In this document: in pieces, positions 36,133 through 44,604 of the stretch
Numbering within the stretch: position 1 is the stretch's first letter
Layout: each line of letters starts with the position of its first letter
IMG/VR virus record: IMGVR_UViG_3300025011_000017
Direction: 5' to 3' (one strand)
DNA from: a virus
Lineage: Duplodnaviria; Heunggongvirae; Uroviricota; Caudoviricetes
Length of the DNA stretch: 64,000 bases
Program-made: the position numbers and the translations under genes
Notes under the pieces: generated by a model
Databases searched by the model: none
What the model was told of the DNA's origin: nothing
What the model saw: only the letters and a program-made list of their open reading frames with translations

Positions 36133-36492
36133 TTGAAGATACGCTTAGATTATATTACAAATAGTTCTAGTTCATCCTATACTTGTATTATTTGTGACAA
36201 TACGGAGTCTGGAATGAATGTAGGAATGTCTGAATTAGGAATGATTCAATGTGAGAACGGTCATACGATGTGTGAAGATCATGCAACAGGAGAAATTGAT
36301 GATACGTATGATTTTCCTGCTGAAAGTTGTCCAGTATGCACATTTGATAATCTTATAGATAAAGATATTTCTAAGTATCTTTTGAAAAAGTATAATATAA
36401 ATTTATCCGACCTTAAAACAGAAATGAAGACAATTTTTACTAATTACAATGAATTCGAGCAATATATTATAGTTGACAAAAGTATAAAATAA
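36133..36492 (+). CDS. paralog 4 of TNSSSS-motif family (119 aa; Cys/His-rich)
   Basis: TTG after GGGAGGGATGG; LKIRLDYITNSSSSSYTCIICDN...CPVC. Confidence 0.5.
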   Translation: MKIRLDYITNSSSSSYTCIICDNTESGMNVGMSELGMIQCENGHTMCEDHATGEIDDTYDFPAESCPVCTFDNLIDKDISKYLLKKYNINLSDLKTEMKTIFTNYNEFEQYIIVDKSIK

Positions 36493-36495
36493 TGC

Positions 36496-36524
36496 TTGAC
36501 ACGGGATTAAAATAATGATATACT
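36496..36524 (+). promoter_or_regulatory. promoter upstream of vWA/Ter module
   Basis: TTGACA 36496-36501; TGaTATACT 36516-36524. Confidence 0.5.
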
Positions 36525-36626
36525 AAAAGAGTAGTAAAACCTATCGCCTCCAACTCTTTAAAGAGCAAAATTAATCTCGTCAATTAATTTTGCTCTAATA
36601 AAAAATAAAAGGAGAAATGAAAAACT

Positions 36627-37421
36627 ATGGGATTATTTGATAAACTATTTGGTAAAAAAACTCAAACTCAAACTCAAACTCAAACTCAAACTCAAACTCA
36701 AACACAGGTAGTAACACCAACAATTTTAACACCTATTATACCAGAGGTAAACAATATTAGAAAACTAGATTTACGTAAAGAAACTCTTAAAATTTCACTT
36801 GTAAAGAATTCAATGGAAAATGTTGTGGCGAGAGTAGCATTAGTTTTGGACAAATCTGGATCAATGGACTATTTATATAATAGGGGAGTTGTTCAGTCAG
36901 TAGTCGAAAGAATATTACCCATAGGGCTTAAATTTGATAAAGATGATGAGTTAGATGTATGGGTATTTCATAATACCTTTAAAAGAATGACTTCTGTTAC
37001 AGAAAATACATTTCATGACTACGTAAATCGTGAAATTATACCTAAATATGGTTGGGGTGGAACGAGTTATGCACCTGTAATTAAAGATATTATGAACAGG
37101 TATATAATTGAAGAACCATCTGACATTCCGACATTTGTAATATTTATTACAGATGGAAATAATAACGATAAAGAAGAAACAACAAAAGCTATTATTAAAG
37201 CGTCTAATTATAATATTTTCTGGCAATTTATTGGAATTGGACATGAAAAGTTTACGTATCTCAAAGATTTGGATACAATGGATGGACGCTTAATCGATAA
37301 TGCTAATTTCTTTGAGATAAAAGATATTAACAAGATTAATGACGAACAACTCTATGATCTTTTACTGAATGAATATCCGTCTTGGGAAAAACTTGCTCTA
37401 AAAGCAAAATTAATTAGATAA
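36627..37421 (+). CDS. vWA-domain protein (TerY-like) with N-terminal (Thr-Gln)8 repeat
   Basis: MIDAS LVLDKSGSMDY; (ACTCAA)n encodes TQTQTQ...; promoter 36496-36524. Confidence 0.65.
   Translation: MGLFDKLFGKKTQTQTQTQTQTQTQTQVVTPTILTPIIPEVNNIRKLDLRKETLKISLVKNSMENVVARVALVLDKSGSMDYLYNRGVVQSVVERILPIGLKFDKDDELDVWVFHNTFKRMTSVTENTFHDYVNREIIPKYGWGGTSYAPVIKDIMNRYIIEEPSDIPTFVIFITDGNNNDKEETTKAIIKASNYNIFWQFIGIGHEKFTYLKDLDTMDGRLIDNANFFEIKDINKINDEQLYDLLLNEYPSWEKLALKAKLIR
36656..36704 (+). repeat. (ACTCAA)n hexanucleotide microsatellite, about 8 units, in frame within the vWA gene
   Basis: aaactcaaactcaaactcaa... encodes (TQ)8. Confidence 0.8.
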
Positions 37422-37427
37422 GTGTTA

Positions 37428-37456
37428 TTGACAAACTTAAAATAATGTGTTATACT
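37428..37456 (+). promoter_or_regulatory. promoter upstream of terD
   Basis: TTGACA 37428-37433; TGtTATACT 37448-37456. Confidence 0.5.
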
Positions 37457-37497
37457 TACGGAGTAAACAAAATACAATAAAAAGGGGAGAAAATTAA

Positions 37498-38073
37498 ATG
37501 TCAATTGATTTAGTAAAAGGTCAAAAACTCGACTTAACGAAAGGTACTTCTTTAAAAAATATTAAGGTTGCTCTAGGATGGGATGCTCAAAAACATGTAG
37601 GAAAAGATTTTGATCTAGATGCTTCAGTTTTTTGTTGTAACGAAAAAGGTAAATGTGTAAATGACACTGATTTTATTTTTTATAAAAATTTAAAACATCC
37701 TTCAGGGGCAATTATTCATACAGGTGATGATAAAACAGGTGAAAATGAAGGCGATGATGAGACGATAATTGTTGACTTCTCCAAAATACCAGAAAATATT
37801 AGCAAGCTTGACTTTGTAGTAACTATTTACGATGCGTTAGCACGTAGTCAAAATTTTGGACAAGTAAATAATGCGTATGTTCGTGTATTGGACTCTGATC
37901 AAAATGACAAAGAATTACTTCGTTTTGACCTTGGAGAAGATTTCAGCTTAGAGACAGGAGTTTCAGTTTGTGTAATTTATCGTAAAGATGGAGAATGGAG
38001 ATTTCAAGCTGTTGGATCAGGATATAACAATGGTCTTGAGGGATTTTGTAGGGAACATGGTTTAGATGTTTAA
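37498..38073 (+). CDS. terD: TerD-family stress protein
   Basis: MSIDLVKGQKLDLTKG..., Ca-binding GDDKTGENEGDDETI motifs; promoter 37428-37456. Confidence 0.75.
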   Translation: MSIDLVKGQKLDLTKGTSLKNIKVALGWDAQKHVGKDFDLDASVFCCNEKGKCVNDTDFIFYKNLKHPSGAIIHTGDDKTGENEGDDETIIVDFSKIPENISKLDFVVTIYDALARSQNFGQVNNAYVRVLDSDQNDKELLRFDLGEDFSLETGVSVCVIYRKDGEWRFQAVGSGYNNGLEGFCREHGLDV

Positions 38074-38096
38074 ATAAAAATAAGGGGGAAAATTAA

Positions 38097-38243
38097 ATGG
38101 AAAAGAAAAATAAGGTAAAATTAGTTCATCTTAAAGGTTGTGAAGGTTGTAGTAATAGTTGTCAATTTAAAAGTTTAAATTCAATTGATGGTGGATTAAA
38201 AGAAATATTTTCATGTAATACGGTTAATTTTAAAACATTTTAA
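38097..38243 (+). CDS. 48-aa Cys-containing small protein
   Basis: Strong RBS AAGGGGGAAAATTAAATG; CEGCSNSC. Confidence 0.35.
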   Translation: MEKKNKVKLVHLKGCEGCSNSCQFKSLNSIDGGLKEIFSCNTVNFKTF

Positions 38244-38288
38244 TGTTTAAATTAATTAAAAAAATTACCAAACGAAAGAGGAAAAGAA

Positions 38289-39023
38289 ATGAATGATTTT
38301 TTTACTAATATTTTGCTTAATTTACAGCATTTTAATTTACATGAATTGGGACTAGTAATACAAAGTCCTAAAGATATTTTCCTTATCATGACACTATTTT
38401 TTATGGAAATATTTTTGTCCATAGATAATGCTCTTGTTTTGGCAATTATGGTAAAACATTTGCCTCCAAAAGAGCAAAAGAAAGCATTAAAATATGGAAT
38501 AGTAGGAGCTTATACTTTTAGGCTAATAGCAATTACGTTGGGTCTGTATCTTGTAAAAATTATGTGGATAAAATTATTAGCCGCATTATATTTAGCAAAA
38601 ATAGTATTTGATTTTTTTAGAAATAAAGACGAAAATCAAAATGGTGTTAAGGACGTCATGGAAAAAAGTTTAATTGCAACAATTATTTCAGTTGAACTAG
38701 CAGACATAGCTTTTAGTGTAGATAGTGTCGTAGCCGCATTTGGTATCTCAGATATTCCTTGGGTTATTGCAATTGGCGGTATGGTTGGAATTTTGGCAAT
38801 GCGAGGTATTGCACAATTGTTTGTAAAATTAGTTGCTAAAATTCCTGAGTTAGAAACTACGGCACATGTATTGATTGGTATTATTTCCTTAAAGATGTTT
38901 TTGGGAGTGTTTAGTATTCATCCTCCAGAGTGGTTATTCTTTGCTACATTAATTAGCACATTTGTCGGGACATTCTTCGTACATCAATATCGACAAAAAA
39001 ATATTTCACAAACTGCTAAATAA
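38289..39023 (+). CDS. terC: TerC-family integral membrane protein
   Basis: LSIDNALVLAIMV signature, multiple TM helices. Confidence 0.65.
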   Translation: MNDFFTNILLNLQHFNLHELGLVIQSPKDIFLIMTLFFMEIFLSIDNALVLAIMVKHLPPKEQKKALKYGIVGAYTFRLIAITLGLYLVKIMWIKLLAALYLAKIVFDFFRNKDENQNGVKDVMEKSLIATIISVELADIAFSVDSVVAAFGISDIPWVIAIGGMVGILAMRGIAQLFVKLVAKIPELETTAHVLIGIISLKMFLGVFSIHPPEWLFFATLISTFVGTFFVHQYRQKNISQTAK

Positions 39024-39026
39024 AGC

Positions 39027-39055
39027 TTGACAAGTAGTAAATAATGTGTTATACT
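39027..39055 (+). promoter_or_regulatory. promoter downstream of terC
   Basis: TTGACA 39027-39032; TGtTATACT 39047-39055. Confidence 0.5.
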
Positions 39056-39102
39056 AAAAGAGTAGTAAATTTAAAGTTTAAAGTTAAAAGGAGTTAAAAA
39101 AT

Positions 39103-39726
39103 ATGGAAATTACGATTACAAGAGCCTTAGCAGAGAAGAAAATGCTTTTAAAGCGAATCGAAAATGGCACATTGTCTCTTCAATCTGTAAGCGTATGTAC
39201 TGGCAAGAAACCTGTCAATGGATTTTCAAGTAATGAAGATTTTGTTAAAAATTCAGATGCAATGTATCAATCTGTGGTATCTTTAATAGGACGTTTGGAA
39301 GCAATTGAAACTGAAGTAGCAAATTCTAATGCAACGACAATGGTTACAATTTGTGAAAAAGAAATGACTGTAGCATCGGCAATTAAGCGTAAAACATTGA
39401 TTAAGCTAGATGAAACGTTGTTACGTAAGATGAAAAATGATTACCAAAGAATGTTAGATCATGTAGAAAAAGAGTCTTTAAAGTTGCAAGTTAGGTTAGA
39501 TGATCTTATTACAAAAAGTTTTACTAGCGGAACTCGTCCTAAAGAAGATGATATTCTTGCAATTAGTAGACCATTTATGGAAGCAAATGAAGTAAAAATG
39601 GTAACAATGAGTGGTCTTAAAGAAAAGATTGAAGTAATGGGAAATGAGATTGACGAATTTTTGCTCAATGTAGATTTTGCCTTATCGGAATCAAATTCAA
39701 CTACGAAGATTACAATTCCTGACTAA
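39103..39726 (+). CDS. hypothetical helical protein (207 aa) downstream of Ter genes
   Basis: RBS AAAAGGAG; promoter 39027-39055. Confidence 0.5.
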   Translation: MEITITRALAEKKMLLKRIENGTLSLQSVSVCTGKKPVNGFSSNEDFVKNSDAMYQSVVSLIGRLEAIETEVANSNATTMVTICEKEMTVASAIKRKTLIKLDETLLRKMKNDYQRMLDHVEKESLKLQVRLDDLITKSFTSGTRPKEDDILAISRPFMEANEVKMVTMSGLKEKIEVMGNEIDEFLLNVDFALSESNSTTKITIPD

Positions 39727-40254
39727 TATAAAGTAATGTTTATTGCTACTTAGTCGAAGATTGTTAAAAGTAAATGCCCTTGGGGATTGGGTCAAATCCC
39801 TTTAAGAATGTATTTGATAGCTATATCAAATAATTAAAGATGAAGAACTTAGATGATACATCTAAATCTTATAACTTTATTTATATTATATAATATGATT
39901 GTCAAAGTTTAAAGATTATAAGTTCAAATCTGAAAGATTAATGCTTAAAATTTTTTATGATGAGTTGGATAGAATATTTATCCATCCATCACTCAAGTCT
40001 TAATATATTCAAGACTTACAAGTTTTAGCAAATCTTAGAAAAATGGTAAAATGAGGGGTTCATTTATTGCCCTCGATGATCACCACTAAGCAGATTAGGT
40101 AGCAACCAATTTTGAGAGGATATAGTGAAAACTGTATCCTCCCACTTATCTCAAAAATTAAGGATGTGATGGAAAAGATTTGATTGTGTAAATAATAATA
40201 AAGTAGTGTGTTGGAGAAACAATAATAAAAAATATGAAAGAGGTTTTTAATTAA

Positions 40255-41154
40255 TTGAGTGAAGTTACAACAATGCGTAAGAGTTTAAATCAAGTGAATA
40301 TTGAGGGTTATGTCAATTCAAACAATCTAGTGCTTAAAACTGATAAAGTTGGCAAAGAGCTTATTACAGGAAGTATTGATATTATAGTAGGAGAAAGCAA
40401 TATTATTCCAGTAGAAGTTTTCTCATATAAGCTTAAAAAAGATGGCACAGAAAATAAGATTTACAAGAGTCTCGTCACAGTAATGAACGAGTACAAAGAT
40501 TCAACAATGGTAGATGGTGGATATATAAATGCTGATAAAGTTAATGTCTCAGGTGGAGAAATTCGTGTTAATGAGTTTCTGACAAAAGAGAAAACAGTAG
40601 CAGTTGCGGTCAAATACAATACAAACTTTTTAAACCGTTCGGATGCAGAAGCATTTGCTCCAAAGGCTAATTTTAAAATTGAAATGATTGTCACTAGTTT
40701 GCGCGGTGAAGTCAAAGATGAAGAAGATACTGGTCGTGGTCTGATTGGTGGATATTATGTAGATTATAATGGTGACTTGCAACCTATTACTTTAGTAGCA
40801 AATGCTAAAAACTGGTCTAAAATGGAAGATAAAATAGAAAAAGGTAGCACAATTATTTTTTGGGGAGATATTGTAAACTTCTTAAAAACAGAAACAATTA
40901 CAGTAGAAGCAGATTTTGGAGACGATCAAGAATATATTCGTACAAGAGTTACAAAAGAGCGTTTAATTACGGGTGCTAAGATTCAAGATGATGATAAAGC
41001 ATATAATATCGACGATATAAAGGCAGGTATTGCTCGACATGCTGAGAAAATTGAGCAATTAATGACTACTCCAAGAATTAATGAACAATTGCCTCCTACT
41101 ACAGAAACGGAAACTAAAGTTGAAACTAAAGAAGAGAAGTTTGAATGGGAATAA
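40255..41154 (+). CDS. hypothetical protein (possible ssDNA-binding protein; acidic C-terminus EEKFEWE)
   Basis: TTG start; first gene after the 528-bp non-coding region and before ATPase/helicase/primase genes; function is inferred from context only. Confidence 0.35.
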   Translation: MSEVTTMRKSLNQVNIEGYVNSNNLVLKTDKVGKELITGSIDIIVGESNIIPVEVFSYKLKKDGTENKIYKSLVTVMNEYKDSTMVDGGYINADKVNVSGGEIRVNEFLTKEKTVAVAVKYNTNFLNRSDAEAFAPKANFKIEMIVTSLRGEVKDEEDTGRGLIGGYYVDYNGDLQPITLVANAKNWSKMEDKIEKGSTIIFWGDIVNFLKTETITVEADFGDDQEYIRTRVTKERLITGAKIQDDDKAYNIDDIKAGIARHAEKIEQLMTTPRINEQLPPTTETETKVETKEEKFEWE

Positions 41155-41181
41155 TAAGTATAAAATGATGTATAAAAGGTT

Positions 41182-41210
41182 TGAGAGTTTATCCTGAAAA
41201 CTCTCACTTA
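41182..41210 (+). terminator. putative terminator hairpin
   Basis: TGAGAGTT / AACTCTCA stem. Confidence 0.4.
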
Positions 41211-41231
41211 TAATAATAGGAGGTTTATTGT

Positions 41232-42314
41232 TTGGCAGTATTAGATCTTTCCACCTTAGAGGTAAATATTCCAAGTAGAGATTTTGGTGAATATTCAATT
41301 TCACTTGCGGCATATCCAAAATTTGGTAAAAGTGAATTTTGTACAAAATTTGAAAAACCATTGATTTTTGACTTTGAAGAAGGTACAAAAGGGAAGGTAA
41401 CATTCCGTGTTCAAATTACAAAGTGGTCTGAAGTAAAAGGTTATATAAAACAATTAACAAAAGAACCTAGTCTTAAAGAAAGATATAGAACGGTTTGTTT
41501 TGATACTACAAATTACGCACTAGAAGCGTGTAAAAGTTGGTGTATCGACCAATATATGGACTTAAATCCTGCAAAAATTATCTCAACTTTCAATGAAATA
41601 CCCTGGGGCGGCGGTTGGGAGATGTTGACTAAAGAATTTAAAACTGAAATCAACAAATTAAAACGTGCAGGTTACGGAGTTGTATTAGTTTCTCATATTA
41701 AAGATAAAATATTTGACAAGGAAACTGAAGCTGAACACACAAAAACAGTCCCAGACCTTTCTGATAAAGAGCGTAATATGATCTCTGCTATCGCTGATTT
41801 TCTTCTACTTGGGGAATTTGAAAGAGAAACAATTGAACCTGCGGTCAGGGATGGTAACAAGGTAGTTAAGGAAGCAGTAATTAAAACAAATCGTGTTTTG
41901 TATTTGAGAACTACTGAATCTGCCGAAGCAGGATTCAGATGGGGATCTTCGAAAATACCTGAAAAAATCCCTTTTGACTTCAATACTCTTAAAAATATAT
42001 TTTCTATGGCAGTAGAAAGTGAAATTGCAGATGGATTAGAAAAATTCGGTCTTACAGAAGAAAAGGCAGATGAAATTCGTAAAAACATTGATGCAGAAAA
42101 ATTGCGTGACGAAGAAGAGTCCTTTAAAGAAAACTTATCAGAACTTCTTGCTCAAATTACAAATCTGTTAAAAACTCTTAAAGCTAGTGGGGTTAAAGTT
42201 GCCGATATGAAGGATGTCCTTGCACCTCTCGAAGTTAAAGATCCAAACAAAGTAGATAACGTAGAGTTAGCTAATAAGGTAATCAAAGCTCTAGAATCTC
42301 TCCTTGTCCAGTAA
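41232..42314 (+). CDS. RecA-fold P-loop ATPase (AAA_24/Sak4-like)
   Basis: Walker A AYPKFGKSEF, Walker B VCFDTTN; GGAGG N8 TTG. Confidence 0.45.
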   Translation: MAVLDLSTLEVNIPSRDFGEYSISLAAYPKFGKSEFCTKFEKPLIFDFEEGTKGKVTFRVQITKWSEVKGYIKQLTKEPSLKERYRTVCFDTTNYALEACKSWCIDQYMDLNPAKIISTFNEIPWGGGWEMLTKEFKTEINKLKRAGYGVVLVSHIKDKIFDKETEAEHTKTVPDLSDKERNMISAIADFLLLGEFERETIEPAVRDGNKVVKEAVIKTNRVLYLRTTESAEAGFRWGSSKIPEKIPFDFNTLKNIFSMAVESEIADGLEKFGLTEEKADEIRKNIDAEKLRDEEESFKENLSELLAQITNLLKTLKASGVKVADMKDVLAPLEVKDPNKVDNVELANKVIKALESLLVQ

Positions 42315-42825
42315 AGTTGTTATTGTATTAGTCTTAACCGCAATGTTAGGACTAATACAAGCAAGTTCACTACAGGCAGATAAGACAAATACAATTCCAT
42401 TAGTAAAAGTTTTTAACAGAAGAGTTAAAGTACCATTACCAATACCAGAAATTAAGGAAGTAGTTCAACAAAGAAAATTTACTATTACAGCATATGATTT
42501 ATCATTTCAATCTACCCAAAAATCAAGAGGAAGTAAGGATTATGGTATTACTAGTTCAGGATATAGTCTCAAAGGTCATACACTTACCTCGGCTAGAGTA
42601 ATAGCAACCGACCCCAAGATCATACCGACTGGCAGTAAAGTCAGGCTTACATTCTTAGATGCAAAGTATTTAAAGTATAATGGAATTTATATTAGTCGCG
42701 ATCAAGGAGAAGGGATTAAAAATTATCATGTCGATTTGTTTATAGGTGATTATGTAGGGTCTAATAAAAATGCAAGAGATTTTGGAGTAACACAATGTGA
42801 ATTGGAAATAATTAAGGAGAGTTAA
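42304..42825 (+). CDS. secreted 3D-domain protein (MltA/YuiC-like cell-wall hydrolase fold)
   Basis: Signal peptide; C-terminal GEGIKNYHVDLFIGD three-Asp motif. Confidence 0.55.
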   Translation: MSSKVVIVLVLTAMLGLIQASSLQADKTNTIPLVKVFNRRVKVPLPIPEIKEVVQQRKFTITAYDLSFQSTQKSRGSKDYGITSSGYSLKGHTLTSARVIATDPKIIPTGSKVRLTFLDAKYLKYNGIYISRDQGEGIKNYHVDLFIGDYVGSNKNARDFGVTQCELEIIKES

Positions 42826-43140
42826 ATGGGAAGGAAAGCTACAAATTTAGAAGGTATGGTGTTTGGAAGACTTAAAGTTTTATATAGAGATATCACAAAA
42901 ACAAAAGGAGTTTATTGGATATGTCAATGTTCATGTGAAAATAAAACCATAAAATCTATTCATGCAGGAAGTTTAGTTCCTAGTAAATCTGTTAAAGGCA
43001 CACAAAGTTGCGGTTGTTTTGCAAAAGAAAATATGAGTAAAGTAAAGAAAAAATACAATAAGTATGATCTATCGGGAGAATATAGTTACGATAATAGTAT
43101 GAAATTAAAGAAGGTGGTAAATAAATTGCAAGTATCATAA
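42826..43140 (+). CDS. truncated paralog of the N-terminal Zn-binding domain of the HNH/AP2 endonucleases
   Basis: MGRKATNLEGMVFGRLKVLYRDITKTKGVYWICQCSCENKTI...SCGCF parallels N-termini of 58295 and 59602 genes but lacks AP2/HNH part. Confidence 0.5.
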   Translation: MGRKATNLEGMVFGRLKVLYRDITKTKGVYWICQCSCENKTIKSIHAGSLVPSKSVKGTQSCGCFAKENMSKVKKKYNKYDLSGEYSYDNSMKLKKVVNKLQVS

Positions 43141-43145
43141 ATTCT

Positions 43146-43625
43146 ATGTGGAACTTACATTCTCCTGCTGAAAGAATCGAAGAACTCAGAAGATTAGGAG
43201 TTAATGTAGGAAGTGGAGTATTTATTGATTATGGGGTATGGGTAGATGGTGGGAATCCTCAAGGTGTTACAATCGAAGATAATGCTTGTATTTGTTACAA
43301 TACTACCATTATAGCACATGATAGTTCTCTTTCAGTTATTACAAATTTTCCAACCATATGCAAAAAGACAAAAATTTGTAAAAACGTATATCTAGGAACA
43401 GGATGTACTATACTTGCAGGAGTTACGGTGGGTGAAAATTCAATCATAGGTGCTTCAAGTGTTGTTACAAAAGATATTCCTCCAAACTCTGTAGCTTATG
43501 GATCGCCATGCAAAGTTGTTAAATCACTAGAACAATTTCTAGCAGAAAAAACAGCAGAAATGTTTACTAATCCCGAAGGAATTGAGTATTTACACCACGT
43601 TCCAGAATCTCGTCCAATAATTTAA
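43146..43625 (+). CDS. hexapeptide-repeat (LbH) acetyltransferase
   Basis: Repeated [LIV]G.... hexapeptides: GTGCTILAGVTVGENSIIGASSVV. Confidence 0.65.
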   Translation: MWNLHSPAERIEELRRLGVNVGSGVFIDYGVWVDGGNPQGVTIEDNACICYNTTIIAHDSSLSVITNFPTICKKTKICKNVYLGTGCTILAGVTVGENSIIGASSVVTKDIPPNSVAYGSPCKVVKSLEQFLAEKTAEMFTNPEGIEYLHHVPESRPII

Positions 43626-43640
43626 GGAGTTGATGCGTAT

Positions 43641-44162
43641 TTGATTTTGTTAATAGGATGTTCAGGTAGTGGAAAGTCAACTATCGAAAAAGAATTAGTT
43701 AAAAATGGATACGAAAAAATTGTAAGTTATACAACTCGTCCTAAAAGAGAAGGAGAGATTCATGGTATAGATTATCATTATATAAATGATAAGTATTTTG
43801 AACTTCTTCTTGAAGAAAAATTCTTCGCTGAACACACGGTATATAACGGATGGTATTATGGAATAGCAAAACAAGATTGTCTTGATAATAAAATTTGCGT
43901 AATCGAACCTAATGGATATAGACAACTACTAAAAATACCAAATTTAAATATTAAATCTTTCTATATTGATGTTTCTGAACGAGAAAGATTAAAACGCATG
44001 GTGGATAGAGGGGATAATCTTTTAGAAATATTTAGAAGAATATTTTCAGATCAAGGACTATTCCAGTTTATGGATAAAGAAGTTAATTTTGTCGTTATTA
44101 ATAATGACATTGATAAATGTGTTCAAGAAATAATAAGTAAAATTGAAATGGAGAGTGTTTAA
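43641..44162 (+). CDS. guanylate kinase-like (d)NMP kinase
   Basis: Walker A GCSGSGKST and GK signature TTRPKREGEIHGIDYHYI. Confidence 0.7.
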   Translation: MILLIGCSGSGKSTIEKELVKNGYEKIVSYTTRPKREGEIHGIDYHYINDKYFELLLEEKFFAEHTVYNGWYYGIAKQDCLDNKICVIEPNGYRQLLKIPNLNIKSFYIDVSERERLKRMVDRGDNLLEIFRRIFSDQGLFQFMDKEVNFVVINNDIDKCVQEIISKIEMESV

Positions 44163-44545
44163 TGGCTAAGTTATTAAATCAAATAATCGAATCAGAAATT
44201 GTACGTGAACATGAAGAATGGGATGAAGAGTTAGGCACTGTGGTAGTTGGTCAAAGAATTGTCAAACAATATTGGACAGCAGATGGTGTATTTTTAGCTG
44301 AATCAGATCCGTATTATTGTTTATGTAAAGTTTTACACATGGAAGAAGCAATTGATGAACTTATAGAAGAGATCAAAAAATTGGAAGATAATGATATAGA
44401 TGAGCCAGAACCTAAATATCAAGAAACAGAAACAGAAACAGAAAATGAAACAGATAATTTAACTTTAAGATTAAATATTGGTGAAGATTTGAAAAAAGCA
44501 TTCACAGAGCTTAATAGTTTAATAAACGATATTAAAGGAGTTTAA
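44162..44545 (+). CDS. acidic hypothetical protein
   Basis: Coupled start TAATGG; 127 aa. Confidence 0.45.
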   Translation: MAKLLNQIIESEIVREHEEWDEELGTVVVGQRIVKQYWTADGVFLAESDPYYCLCKVLHMEEAIDELIEEIKKLEDNDIDEPEPKYQETETETENETDNLTLRLNIGEDLKKAFTELNSLINDIKGV

Positions 44546-44604
44546 TAGCATTTTCCCCGAAACCTAACAAGGAAGTAGGGGAAACATTTTAGAAAGGAGA
44601 ATTT

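Noticed and set aside
39783-39803. GGGATT-GGGTCA-AATCCC hairpin resembling a tRNA T-arm
   Set aside because: No flanking acceptor stem, D-arm or anticodon arm could be assembled by eye, and the loop is 6 nt rather than the 7-nt TψC loop. Treated as a terminator or structural hairpin pending a tRNAscan/Infernal run.
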